Source: Synechococcus elongatus PCC 6301
GTDB taxonomy: Bacteria > Cyanobacteriota > Cyanobacteriia > Synechococcales > Synechococcaceae
Direction of reading: 5' to 3'
NCBI RefSeq assembly: GCF_000010065.1
Contig: NC_006576.1
Span: forward strand, 60,001 to 92,000
DNA: 32,000 nt
Below are positions 1 through 9,105 of the stretch, in pieces. A program made the translations under genes and the position numbers. Numbering within the stretch: the first letter of the stretch is position 1; every line of letters starts with the position of its first letter. Under the pieces are notes generated by a model. That model was not told where the DNA came from. It did not search any database and saw only the letters and a list, made by a program, of their open reading frames with translations.

Positions 1-88
1 GACGATGGACTTTCGCAGAATGCGGTTCTTCCTACTTTGACACTGCATTGCGATCGCTCACTAGCCCCTGAGGAGACAAGTCACGGCA

Positions 89-904
89 ATGTTGCATGGA
101 TCCATCCCCGCCGAGCGCTTCTTTCCTTACCTAAGCTGGCCTGAGATTGCGGCGCTACCCGATCCCGATCGCGTCCTGATCATTCAGCCGATCGGGGCGA
201 TCGAGCAGCACGGTCCGCATTTGCCGCTGGTAGTGGATACCGCGATCGCAACCGCTGTGACCGGCGAGGCATTACGAAGATTGCCTGCCGAAATTGCTGC
301 CTATGCCCTGCCAACCCTCTGCTACGGCAAATCCAACGAACATTGCCAGTTTCCGGGCACGATCAGGCTGCGGACAGAAACCCTGCTGGCCGTTTTGATC
401 GACAGCGCTCACAGCCTCTATGCTGCGGGGTTCCGGCGACTGATCTGGCTAAATGGCCATGGGGGGCAGCCCCAGGTTTTGCAACTCGCGGCTCGTGATC
501 TGCGCGAACAATTTCCAGGTTTCGAAGTTCTGCCACTGTTCGTCTGGAATGTACCCAACCAGATTGGTGAGCTGTTGACACCTCGCGAGCAGACTTTGGG
601 TCTCCATGCTGGCGATGCGGAAACCAGCCTGATGCTGCATCTGCTGCCCGATCAGGTGCGAATGGATCAGGCGATCGCGGAATATCCGCCAGACTTGGAT
701 GCTGAGGGTTTGCTGAGCTGGGAAGGCAATCTGCCGATCGCTTGGCTGACCCATGACCTCAGCCAGAGCGGTGTCATTGGCGATCCAACCCCAGCAACCG
801 CTGCGAAAGGGGCAGAAATTTTTGAGCAATTGGTGCAGGGTTGGGTGCAAGTGCTGACGGTGATCGCCCACTGGCAGCGATCGTCCCTGCTGCCACCAAA
901 GTAA
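89..904 (+). CDS. Creatininase (creatinine amidohydrolase) family metal-dependent hydrolase
   Basis: 271-aa ORF with family motifs EQHGPHLP, NGHGGQ and HAGDAETS. A gaggag RBS-like string lies about 13 nt upstream of ATG 89. Confidence 0.85.
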   Translation: MLHGSIPAERFFPYLSWPEIAALPDPDRVLIIQPIGAIEQHGPHLPLVVDTAIATAVTGEALRRLPAEIAAYALPTLCYGKSNEHCQFPGTIRLRTETLLAVLIDSAHSLYAAGFRRLIWLNGHGGQPQVLQLAARDLREQFPGFEVLPLFVWNVPNQIGELLTPREQTLGLHAGDAETSLMLHLLPDQVRMDQAIAEYPPDLDAEGLLSWEGNLPIAWLTHDLSQSGVIGDPTPATAAKGAEIFEQLVQGWVQVLTVIAHWQRSSLLPPK

Positions 905-994
905 ATACCGCTAGAGTGTAGATTGGTGCGTACCCCCTGGGATCCACCAAATCCCACATTCTCCCTCTCATCCGTGTCAGGAGACCGCAGACTC

Positions 995-1690
995 ATGCCG
1001 CAGCTTGAAGCCAGCCTTGAACTGGACTTTCAAAGCGAGTCCTACAAAGACGCTTACAGCCGCATCAACGCGATCGTGATTGAAGGCGAACAAGAGGCGT
1101 TCGACAACTACAATCGCCTTGCTGAGATGCTGCCCGACCAGCGGGATGAGCTTCACAAGCTAGCCAAGATGGAACAGCGCCACATGAAAGGCTTTATGGC
1201 CTGTGGCAAAAATCTCTCCGTCACTCCTGACATGGGTTTTGCCCAGAAATTTTTCGAGCGCTTGCACGAGAACTTCAAAGCGGCGGCTGCGGAAGGCAAG
1301 GTCGTCACCTGCCTACTGATTCAATCGCTAATCATCGAGTGCTTTGCGATCGCGGCTTACAACATCTACATCCCAGTGGCGGATGCTTTTGCCCGCAAAA
1401 TCACGGAGGGGGTCGTGCGCGACGAATACCTGCACCGCAACTTCGGTGAAGAGTGGCTGAAGGCGAATTTTGATGCTTCCAAAGCCGAACTGGAAGAAGC
1501 CAATCGTCAGAACCTGCCCTTGGTTTGGCTAATGCTCAACGAAGTGGCCGATGATGCTCGCGAACTCGGGATGGAGCGTGAGTCGCTCGTCGAGGACTTT
1601 ATGATTGCCTACGGTGAAGCTCTGGAAAACATCGGCTTCACAACGCGCGAAATCATGCGTATGTCCGCCTATGGCCTTGCGGCCGTTTGA
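995..1690 (+). CDS. ado: Aldehyde-deformylating oxygenase (alkane biosynthesis, ferritin-like di-iron enzyme)
   Basis: From ATG 995 the product [35 protein letters not shown]... (231 aa) matches the S. elongatus ADO sequence I know. It has two EQRH/EYLH-type di-iron motifs and an aggaga RBS at about 979-984. The track ORF start at TTG 923 is an upstream extension. Confidence 0.97.
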
Positions 1691-1704
1691 TCCAGGAAAT
1701 CTGA

Positions 1705-2730
1705 ATGTTCGGTCTTATCGGTCATCTCACCAGTTTGGAGCAGGCCCGCGACGTTTCTCGCAGGATGGGCTACGACGAATACGCCGATCAAGGATTGGAG
1801 TTTTGGAGTAGCGCTCCTCCTCAAATCGTTGATGAAATCACAGTCACCAGTGCCACAGGCAAGGTGATTCACGGTCGCTACATCGAATCGTGTTTCTTGC
1901 CGGAAATGCTGGCGGCGCGCCGCTTCAAAACAGCCACGCGCAAAGTTCTCAATGCCATGTCCCATGCCCAAAAACACGGCATCGACATCTCGGCCTTGGG
2001 GGGCTTTACCTCGATTATTTTCGAGAATTTCGATTTGGCCAGTTTGCGGCAAGTGCGCGACACTACCTTGGAGTTTGAACGGTTCACCACCGGCAATACT
2101 CACACGGCCTACGTAATCTGTAGACAGGTGGAAGCCGCTGCTAAAACGCTGGGCATCGACATTACCCAAGCGACAGTAGCGGTTGTCGGCGCGACTGGCG
2201 ATATCGGTAGCGCTGTCTGCCGCTGGCTCGACCTCAAACTGGGTGTCGGTGATTTGATCCTGACGGCGCGCAATCAGGAGCGTTTGGATAACCTGCAGGC
2301 TGAACTCGGCCGGGGCAAGATTCTGCCCTTGGAAGCCGCTCTGCCGGAAGCTGACTTTATCGTGTGGGTCGCCAGTATGCCTCAGGGCGTAGTGATCGAC
2401 CCAGCAACCCTGAAGCAACCCTGCGTCCTAATCGACGGGGGCTACCCCAAAAACTTGGGCAGCAAAGTCCAAGGTGAGGGCATCTATGTCCTCAATGGCG
2501 GGGTAGTTGAACATTGCTTCGACATCGACTGGCAGATCATGTCCGCTGCAGAGATGGCGCGGCCCGAGCGCCAGATGTTTGCCTGCTTTGCCGAGGCGAT
2601 GCTCTTGGAATTTGAAGGCTGGCATACTAACTTCTCCTGGGGCCGCAACCAAATCACGATCGAGAAGATGGAAGCGATCGGTGAGGCATCGGTGCGCCAC
2701 GGCTTCCAACCCTTGGCATTGGCAATTTGA
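1705..2730 (+). CDS. aar: Acyl-ACP reductase (fatty aldehyde-forming, alkane pathway)
   Basis: 341-aa [20 protein letters not shown]... with Rossmann motif [12 protein letters not shown]. It lies immediately downstream of ado and matches the known S. elongatus AAR. Confidence 0.97.
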   Translation: MFGLIGHLTSLEQARDVSRRMGYDEYADQGLEFWSSAPPQIVDEITVTSATGKVIHGRYIESCFLPEMLAARRFKTATRKVLNAMSHAQKHGIDISALGGFTSIIFENFDLASLRQVRDTTLEFERFTTGNTHTAYVICRQVEAAAKTLGIDITQATVAVVGATGDIGSAVCRWLDLKLGVGDLILTARNQERLDNLQAELGRGKILPLEAALPEADFIVWVASMPQGVVIDPATLKQPCVLIDGGYPKNLGSKVQGEGIYVLNGGVVEHCFDIDWQIMSAAEMARPERQMFACFAEAMLLEFEGWHTNFSWGRNQITIEKMEAIGEASVRHGFQPLALAI

Positions 2731-2739
2731 GGTCTGTGC

Positions 2740-3723
2740 ATGGCTGCACCTGTCACGAAGAAGCCAATTCTGCTGGAGTTTGAAAAGCCCCTAGTTGAGC
2801 TGGAGGAACGGATCACGCAAATCCGCACCCTCGCAGCGGACAACCAGGTGGATGTGAGCGGCCAAATTCAGCAACTGGAAGCCCGGGCGATTCAACTGCG
2901 GCGAGAAATTTTTAGTAATCTCTCGCCAGCCCAGCGCATCCAAGTGGCGCGTCATCCCCGACGTCCGAGTACCTTGGACTACATCCAAGCGATCAGCGAC
3001 GAGTGGATTGAATTACACGGCGATCGCAACGGTAGTGATGACCTCGCACTCGTGGGTGGTGTTGGTGCGCTCGACGGCCAGCCAGTCGTTTTCTTGGGCC
3101 ACCAAAAGGGGCGCGACACCAAGGACAACGTGCTGCGCAACTTCGGGATGGCTTCACCCGGCGGCTATCGCAAGGCACTGCGTTTGATGGAGCATGCCGA
3201 TCGCTTCGGGATGCCGATTCTGACCTTTATCGATACACCCGGTGCTTACGCTGGGGTCAGTGCTGAAGAACTGGGTCAAGGTGAGGCAATCGCAGTCAAC
3301 CTGCGCGAAATGTTCCGCTTCTCGGTGCCGATTCTCTGCACAGTGATTGGCGAAGGCGGTTCGGGCGGGGCCTTGGGCATTGGCGTCGGCGATCGCCTGC
3401 TGATGTTTGAGCATTCCGTCTACACTGTTGCCAGTCCCGAAGCCTGCGCATCAATTCTCTGGCGTGATGCGGGCAAGGCAGCCCAGGCGGCAGAAGCGCT
3501 CAAGATTACGGCGCGAGACCTCAAGCAATTAGGCATCCTTGACGAAATCATCACCGAACCTTTGGGCGGTGCCCATTCTGCACCGCTGGAAACGGCCCAG
3601 AGTTTGCGTCAGGTTTTGCTGCGCCATCTGAAGGATTTGCAAGCCCTCAGTCCGGCTCAGTTGCGCGAGCAGCGTTATCAAAAGTTTCGCCAGCTCGGGG
3701 TGTTTCTGGAAAGCAGTGACTAA
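2740..3723 (+). CDS. accA: Acetyl-CoA carboxylase carboxyltransferase alpha subunit
   Basis: 327-aa ORF with typical AccA strings: LDFEKP-like N-terminus ([12 protein letters not shown]), [16 protein letters not shown] and [10 protein letters not shown]. Confidence 0.96.
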   Translation: MAAPVTKKPILLEFEKPLVELEERITQIRTLAADNQVDVSGQIQQLEARAIQLRREIFSNLSPAQRIQVARHPRRPSTLDYIQAISDEWIELHGDRNGSDDLALVGGVGALDGQPVVFLGHQKGRDTKDNVLRNFGMASPGGYRKALRLMEHADRFGMPILTFIDTPGAYAGVSAEELGQGEAIAVNLREMFRFSVPILCTVIGEGGSGGALGIGVGDRLLMFEHSVYTVASPEACASILWRDAGKAAQAAEALKITARDLKQLGILDEIITEPLGGAHSAPLETAQSLRQVLLRHLKDLQALSPAQLREQRYQKFRQLGVFLESSD

Positions 3724-3743
3724 ACACCGCCGCCTGGCCCAAA

Positions 3744-3752
3744 TGGTATAAT
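3744..3752 (+). promoter_or_regulatory. Candidate extended -10 promoter element (TGgTATAAT) upstream of the SDR gene
   Basis: tggtataat read at 3744-3752 in the 117-bp accA-SDR spacer. No clear -35 element. Confidence 0.35.
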
Positions 3753-3840
3753 CGGATGCGTTACATTTCGTCATGTCTTGGCGAATCTTGCATTCCCAGG
3801 CCGTCACGTCTTCGGCTAAACATCCACGCTTGACTGCCTG

Positions 3841-4578
3841 ATGGCTGGCATGAGTTTTCTGCCTTCTCCTTTTGTTCTGATTACAGGTGCCAGTAGTGGC
3901 ATCGGTGCAGCAACTGCCCACGCTTTTGCCCAAGCGGGTTGGTCCTTGCTGCTGTTAGGGCGCGATCGCGGTCGCCTGCAATCGGTTGCTGAGTCTGCCC
4001 GTTCTCAGGGTGCAGCGGCGGTGGCAACCTACAGTCTTGATTTGACCAACCTGACCGCTATTGGACCCGCGATCGCCCAGCTCGTCGAGCAGTTTGGGGT
4101 TCCCGACGTTCTGATTAACAACGCAGGGACTGCCCAAACGGGGCCGCTGGCGACCCTGTCCTTATCGGACCTGGAGTGCATCTTTGCGCTGAATGTTCAC
4201 AGTCCGCTATTAGTCGTGCAAGCCCTGCTTCCGGGAATGCGCCAGCGTCAGCGCGGCTTGATTCTCAATGTGGCTTCCATCGCCGCCCAACAAGCCTTCC
4301 CCGACTGGGGTGCTTACTGTGCCAGTAAGTCGGCCTTGGCTGCCTGGTCGCGGGTGCTGGCTGCAGAAGAGCGATCGCACGGCATCCGGGTCTCGCTAAT
4401 CTGCCCTGGCTCTGTTGATACGGCGCTCTGGGACCAACCCAGCGTGGGCGCTAACTTCGATCGCCAGGCCATGTTGCGGCCCGAAACAGTTGCCCAAGTG
4501 CTGCTGCAGGTGGCGACCTTGCCGGAGACGGCAGTGGTGGATGAGCTGACCCTCATGCCCAATGCGGGCACGTTTTAG
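3841..4578 (+). CDS. Short-chain dehydrogenase/reductase (SDR) family oxidoreductase
   Basis: 245-aa ORF with TGASSGIG cofactor motif, NNAG, and a catalytic S...YCASK triad. An alternative ATG is at 3850. Confidence 0.85.
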   Translation: MAGMSFLPSPFVLITGASSGIGAATAHAFAQAGWSLLLLGRDRGRLQSVAESARSQGAAAVATYSLDLTNLTAIGPAIAQLVEQFGVPDVLINNAGTAQTGPLATLSLSDLECIFALNVHSPLLVVQALLPGMRQRQRGLILNVASIAAQQAFPDWGAYCASKSALAAWSRVLAAEERSHGIRVSLICPGSVDTALWDQPSVGANFDRQAMLRPETVAQVLLQVATLPETAVVDELTLMPNAGTF

Positions 4579-4626
4579 ATCGGAATCGCGATCGCCTTCT
4601 CAATTACTTTGAGGTTTCTTGTGACG

Positions 4627-5268
4627 ATGACTTCTCCCTCCTTGAATGGCAGCAACAGCTTGGTTGATGCGATCCGCCCTGAGACGGAGGCTGTTTCCCA
4701 AGCCGAGATGGAAGCAGCAGTCCGCACGTTGCTGCTCGGGGTCGGAGAAGATCCAGAGCGGGAAGGGCTCCTGAAAACCCCGAAACGGGTCGCTGAGGCC
4801 TATCGCTTTTTGACCAGCGGCTACAGCCAATCCCTGGATGACTTGGTCAACGGCGCCATCTTCGACGAAGGTCACAACGAAATGGTGTTGGTGCGTGACA
4901 TCACCGCCTTCAGCCTTTGTGAACACCACATGCTGCCGTTCATGGGCAAAGTTCACGTCGCTTACATCCCCAACCAAAAGGTTGTCGGCCTGAGCAAACT
5001 GGCTCGCATCGTCGAGATGTACAGTCGCCGTCTGCAGGTGCAAGAGCGCCTGACCCGCCAGATTGCTGAGTCGGTGCAGGAAATCCTCGACCCGCAAGGT
5101 GTGGCCGTCGTCATGGAAGCCACCCACATGTGCATGGTGATGCGCGGTGTCCAAAAGCCGGGCTCTTGGACCGTGACCAGCGCCATGGTCGGTGTTTTCC
5201 AAGAGGATCAACGCACCCGCGAGGAATTCCTCAGCCTGATTCGCCATCAACCTGCCGCATTTGCCTAA
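4627..5268 (+). CDS. folE: GTP cyclohydrolase I
   Basis: Conserved FolE strings [40 protein letters not shown] and QVQERLT. The start is uncertain between TTG 4609, GTG 4621 and ATG 4627. Confidence 0.94.
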   Translation: MTSPSLNGSNSLVDAIRPETEAVSQAEMEAAVRTLLLGVGEDPEREGLLKTPKRVAEAYRFLTSGYSQSLDDLVNGAIFDEGHNEMVLVRDITAFSLCEHHMLPFMGKVHVAYIPNQKVVGLSKLARIVEMYSRRLQVQERLTRQIAESVQEILDPQGVAVVMEATHMCMVMRGVQKPGSWTVTSAMVGVFQEDQRTREEFLSLIRHQPAAFA

Positions 5269-5275
5269 GCCAGGA

Positions 5276-6070
5276 ATGGCCATCCCGCTCCTGCAAATTG
5301 ATGCCTTTACGCAGCAGCCCTATCGGGGCAATCCGGCAGCGGTCTGTTTACTGACTGAGCCGCTGCCGGATACTCAGCTACAGGCGATCGCTGCAGAGAT
5401 GAATCTGTCCGAAACGGCGTTTCTGCTCACGGATCAAACGGCTTGGCAGTTGCGTTGGTTTACCCCAGCTTGTGAAGTGGATCTCTGTGGCCATGCCACT
5501 TTGGCCGCTGCTCAGGCTCTCCAAGAGTGGGGGCGTGCTCAGCGTGGTCAGACGCTGCGCTTTCACACCCGCAGTGGACTTTTGCAAGCCAAGCTCAGCG
5601 ATCGCGGTATCGAGCTGGATTTTCCCCTGCAGCCACCCCAAGGGCTAGAGACCTCGCTGGATTTAGCAGCCGGGATCGGCGCGCCGGTTGTCGCTAGCCG
5701 AACCAGTGAGCTGGGCTATTGGCTGCTGGAGTTGGCTTCGGTAGAACAGGTGCGCACCTTACAACCCGATCAAGCGGCGATCGCCCAATGGCCCTGTCAG
5801 GCTGTGGTGGTAACCGCTGCAGCTCAAGCAGGCGATGATTGTGATTTCGTCTCGCGCTTCTTTGCGCCACGCTTTGGCATTCCCGAGGATCCAGTCACCG
5901 GTTCTGCGCACTGCCTGCTAGCGCCCTATTGGCAGGCTAAACTAGGGCGCGACCGCCTCCAAGCTCGGCAATTGTCTGCCCGAGGCGGCGAGCTGGAAGT
6001 GGAAGTCGTGGGCGATCGCGTTTTTTTACGGGGCTATGCCGTGACAGTGTTGCGAGGAGAGTTGCAATGA
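5276..6070 (+). CDS. PhzF-family (phenazine biosynthesis-like) isomerase/epimerase fold protein
   Basis: Product IPLLQIDAFT...GNPAAV...NLSETAF...CGHATLA...DPVTGSAH, typical of PhzF/YddE proteins. The track ORF starts 5 codons earlier, at 5261. Confidence 0.85.
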   Translation: MAIPLLQIDAFTQQPYRGNPAAVCLLTEPLPDTQLQAIAAEMNLSETAFLLTDQTAWQLRWFTPACEVDLCGHATLAAAQALQEWGRAQRGQTLRFHTRSGLLQAKLSDRGIELDFPLQPPQGLETSLDLAAGIGAPVVASRTSELGYWLLELASVEQVRTLQPDQAAIAQWPCQAVVVTAAAQAGDDCDFVSRFFAPRFGIPEDPVTGSAHCLLAPYWQAKLGRDRLQARQLSARGGELEVEVVGDRVFLRGYAVTVLRGELQ

Positions 6071-7152
6071 ACGGTCGGTCGGCACTGGCAGAGAAAACTA
6101 CTGGGCGATCGCCGCAACTCGCTTGGTGGCAACAACCCAGGCGCTGGTTATTGGGTGGATCGGTGGTGCTTCCGGTGCTGGCGCTCTGGGGTGTCAACCA
6201 TTTGCGACAGTCGCAGCCTAATGCGGCAGAGTTACAGGCGATTCAAGACTCAGAACGGGCGCTAGAGCGTCTGCTTAGCGTTAATCCTGCCGGTACTGCA
6301 CCGGCAGCCAACTCCCAACCGGCAGCAGCGCCTTCAACGCCAGCCCGTTCCCCTACCGATACCAGTCAGGCTCGCCCCGATCCGCGATCGGCCCCGTCCT
6401 TAGCCATTCCCAGTAGTAATCAGCCCGCACCGGCTCTCCTGATTCGGGTTGCGATCGCCCGCGAAGGCTCTCAGGCCAGTGTTGGCAGCCAAACCGAGAG
6501 CTATCTGACCCGAGAAGATGGCCAAATTTTAGGGACGCTACCGGCGGGTCGGTCTGCTAATGTTGTCGCCAGCGCCGGTCGACTGCAGCTCGCGAGTTGG
6601 GCTTCGGGGGGGCCGCTCTGGCTGCAACCCTCGCAGGGAGGTGCGGTTCTCGTGAATGGCCAGCCCTATCGCGGCAAGCTCAAACTGATTGCTGAGGGCG
6701 ATCGCCTGATTGCGGTTAACTACGTCGATCTGGAGCAGTATTTGGTCAGTGTGGTCGGAGCAGAAATGCCGGCCAGTTGGCCGATTGAAGCGCTGAAAGC
6801 CCAAGCCGTGGCCGCCCGTTCCTACGCGATCGCCCACATGGCTCGCCCCGCCAGTGCCTACTTTGATCTCGGCTCAACGACACGCTGGCAAGCCTACAAC
6901 GGCATCAATAGTGAAGCCACTCGGTCAGCGCAAGCCGTGCAGCAAACAGCAGGCCTTCTATTGAGCTATCGCGGCGGCATCGTCGAGAGTCTCTATGCGG
7001 CAACCTATGAAATCGTTGCGGAAGCGCATGGTCATCTGGGAGCCAGTATGAGCCAGCACGGTGCTCGGGATCTGGCCGAACAGGGTTTTGATTTCACGCG
7101 CATTTTGGGCAACTATTATCGAGGTGCCCAGCTGGCGCGACTTTCCCTGTAA
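6067..7152 (+). CDS. SpoIID/LytB-domain protein (peptidoglycan remodelling), N-terminal TM anchor and Pro/Ala/Ser-rich linker
   Basis: 361-aa ORF with a hydrophobic segment LLGGSVVLPVLALWGV. The SpoIID signature YLVSVVGAEMPASWPIEALKAQAVAARSYA is present. The start overlaps the PhzF-like stop (ATGA). Confidence 0.8.
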   Translation: MNGRSALAEKTTGRSPQLAWWQQPRRWLLGGSVVLPVLALWGVNHLRQSQPNAAELQAIQDSERALERLLSVNPAGTAPAANSQPAAAPSTPARSPTDTSQARPDPRSAPSLAIPSSNQPAPALLIRVAIAREGSQASVGSQTESYLTREDGQILGTLPAGRSANVVASAGRLQLASWASGGPLWLQPSQGGAVLVNGQPYRGKLKLIAEGDRLIAVNYVDLEQYLVSVVGAEMPASWPIEALKAQAVAARSYAIAHMARPASAYFDLGSTTRWQAYNGINSEATRSAQAVQQTAGLLLSYRGGIVESLYAATYEIVAEAHGHLGASMSQHGARDLAEQGFDFTRILGNYYRGAQLARLSL

Positions 7153-7157
7153 GCCCA

Positions 7158-8000
7158 ATGCAAAATTTGCTGCAACTGGCCCAGGCGCAAACAGCAGCAG
7201 CCTTGGCCAATGGCGCGCTGCAACCGATCGCGACGGAATCTTGCTGGCTGGAAGACCGAGAGCAGCGGTTTTTGGTGCGGATGCTCAGTGGTTGGACCCG
7301 CAAGCACCCTCAGGGAAAACCGCACGGACCAAAACCTAACCCCTTTCAGCCCTACGACCCGCGTCTATTCGTCGCCGATGCAGGCGATCGCCATCTCTGG
7401 TTACTCAATAAATTTCCGGTGATCGACCAGCATCTGCTGCTAATCACTCGAACCTATGAACCTCAGACCCAGTGGTTGACGCTGGCAGATTTTGAGGCGA
7501 TCGCTGTTGGGCTACAAGCAATCGATGGTTTTGCGTTTTTTAATGGTGGCCCCCTCGCCGGAGCCAGTCAGCCCCATAAGCACCTACAGCTTGTGCCATT
7601 GCCCCTCGACCGAGACTGTTGTCAGCCCCTACCCCTCAGCGATCGCTGGCAAGCCTCTTTGGCCGGGAATCCCAGTGCCCTGCCATTTCAACATGCGATC
7701 GCGGCGCTCCCCAATTTGCTTGAGCCCTCGCCCCAGCAGGCTGGCGTGCTCCTATTTGAGGTATATCGGCAGCTTTGGCAGCAATTGCAGATTGACATGA
7801 ATGGCGATCGCCCACCTGCCTACAATTTGCTGCTGACTCGGCAGTGGTTGTTGATTGTGCCGCGCAGCCGCGAAAGTCATCTGCAGATCAACGTCAACGC
7901 CCTCGGCTTTGCTGGGGCTTTGCTAGTGCGTGATCAGCTGCAGTTGCAACAACTACAGGATTTAGGCCCGCTCCAGCTCTTGCAGAGCGTCGGCTGTTGA
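7158..8000 (+). CDS. ATP adenylyltransferase / Ap4A phosphorylase II family protein
   Basis: 280-aa ORF with an NKFPV motif and the HIT-like histidine motif SQPHKHLQLVP characteristic of Apa2-type enzymes. Confidence 0.75.
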   Translation: MQNLLQLAQAQTAAALANGALQPIATESCWLEDREQRFLVRMLSGWTRKHPQGKPHGPKPNPFQPYDPRLFVADAGDRHLWLLNKFPVIDQHLLLITRTYEPQTQWLTLADFEAIAVGLQAIDGFAFFNGGPLAGASQPHKHLQLVPLPLDRDCCQPLPLSDRWQASLAGNPSALPFQHAIAALPNLLEPSPQQAGVLLFEVYRQLWQQLQIDMNGDRPPAYNLLLTRQWLLIVPRSRESHLQINVNALGFAGALLVRDQLQLQQLQDLGPLQLLQSVGC

Positions 8001-8027
8001 AGCCAACTCAACGATCACATTCAGAAC

Positions 8028-8201
8028 CTAGGCAGGATCCTCACCGGTTTGACTAGCAGAAGACCGACGACGGCGACAGCGATCGGAGCAGTAGCGCACC
8101 TCTTCCCAGCAATCCTTCCACTTGCGTCGCCATTCAAACGGACGCCCGCAAACCAGACAATTCTTTTGCGGCAGATTCGACTTGGTGTAGCGCTGCGCCA
8201 T
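8028..8201 (-). CDS. DUF2256-type small zinc-ribbon protein
   Basis: Product [46 protein letters not shown] matches the DUF2256 pattern (CxxCGRPF...W..V.YCS.RC). The track ORF extends 7 codons further upstream, to 8222. Confidence 0.7.
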   Translation of the reverse strand: MAQRYTKSNLPQKNCLVCGRPFEWRRKWKDCWEEVRYCSDRCRRRRSSASQTGEDPA

Positions 8202-8265
8202 GATTTGCCAAGAGCTGAACAAGTTCCGTCATTGTAGAAATTCTGTCCCTCAGCCCCGAAGCCCC

Positions 8266-9003
8266 ATGAGTTTGCGCATCGTTCTGGTCGAGCCGGCGGG
8301 TGCCCGTAATGTCGGAGCGATCGCACGAGTGATGATGAATTTTGGCTTGTCAGACTGGGCGATCGTGCGGCCGCGCTGTGACATCCATGGTGGTGAGGCG
8401 CGCCAAATGGCGGTGCATGCAGCGGCGCTGCTTGAGCAAGCTGTCCTCGTGGACAACCTCCCCAGCGCGTTGGAGGGGTGTCAGTGGGTAGCAGCCACGA
8501 CCGGCCAACGCGATTTGCGAGACCTGCCGCTGGAGTCGCCTACCCAAATCCTGCCGTGGTTGCGCCAAGGCCCCGCTGCCCTGATCTTTGGCCGAGAAGA
8601 CAGCGGTTTGCAGCGATCGGAGCTCAGTTTGGCGCAGCGCTATCTAACCTTTCCCACCGACCCTGCCTATCCCTCGCTCAACTTAGCCCAAGCAGTTGGC
8701 CTCTGTTGCTATCACTACGCTTGCCTGTCTGAGGCGGATTCCCGAGGCGTGCCACAGCAGGAATCCAGTCCAGCAGCAGTCCGGGCAGCATTCGAGCAAC
8801 TGCATGGCTACACCAGCGATCTCGAAGCCTTGCTCCTGCGTGTGGGTTACCTGCACTCCCACACAGCCGCCAGTCGCATGGAAAAAATTCGCGCGATCGC
8901 CCAGCGATCGGCCCTCACTGCGGAAGAGGTAGCTCTGTTGCGTGGCATGGTGCGTCAGCTCAATTGGGCACTAAATCAAGTCCCATCTAGCGATCGCCCT
9001 TGA
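8266..9003 (+). CDS. SpoU/TrmH-class (TrmJ-like) tRNA/rRNA 2'-O-methyltransferase
   Basis: From ATG 8266: MSLRIVLVEPAGARNVGAIARVMMNFG..., later LIFGREDSGL and LNLAQAVGLCCY, the three SpoU motifs. The track ORF start at 8200 would overlap the divergent DUF2256 gene. Confidence 0.85.
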   Translation: MSLRIVLVEPAGARNVGAIARVMMNFGLSDWAIVRPRCDIHGGEARQMAVHAAALLEQAVLVDNLPSALEGCQWVAATTGQRDLRDLPLESPTQILPWLRQGPAALIFGREDSGLQRSELSLAQRYLTFPTDPAYPSLNLAQAVGLCCYHYACLSEADSRGVPQQESSPAAVRAAFEQLHGYTSDLEALLLRVGYLHSHTAASRMEKIRAIAQRSALTAEEVALLRGMVRQLNWALNQVPSSDRP

Positions 9004-9105
9004 AATTCAGGTAGTAGCGGTCAAATTTGCCGACTCTGCCCAGATTGTCCAGAGGCTGCTAGGCTGTTCGACAGTTTTGGCACATCGCTGCTGGAAGGAA
9101 AGGCC

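Noticed and set aside
1-48. Minus-strand ATG at 48 opening a frame that runs off the left edge (MQCQSRKNRILRKSIV...)
   Set aside because: Only 16 codons are visible and the composition is unconvincing. It would leave only about 40 bp for two divergent promoters. There is not enough evidence to call a gene.
923-994. N-terminal extension of ado from TTG 923 (track ORF, 255 aa)
   Set aside because: The known ADO starts MPQLEASLE at ATG 995, which has an aggaga RBS. The 24 extra residues ([12 protein letters not shown]...) are not part of the family.
1669-2418. 249-aa minus-strand ORF antisense to aar
   Set aside because: The plus-strand product is the known acyl-ACP reductase. The antisense product has no recognisable features.
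4600-5283. 227-aa minus-strand ORF covering the whole folE gene
   Set aside because: It is a shadow ORF antisense to a gene with unmistakable FolE motifs. The product is low-complexity with no motifs. Long antisense ORFs are expected in GC-rich coding DNA.
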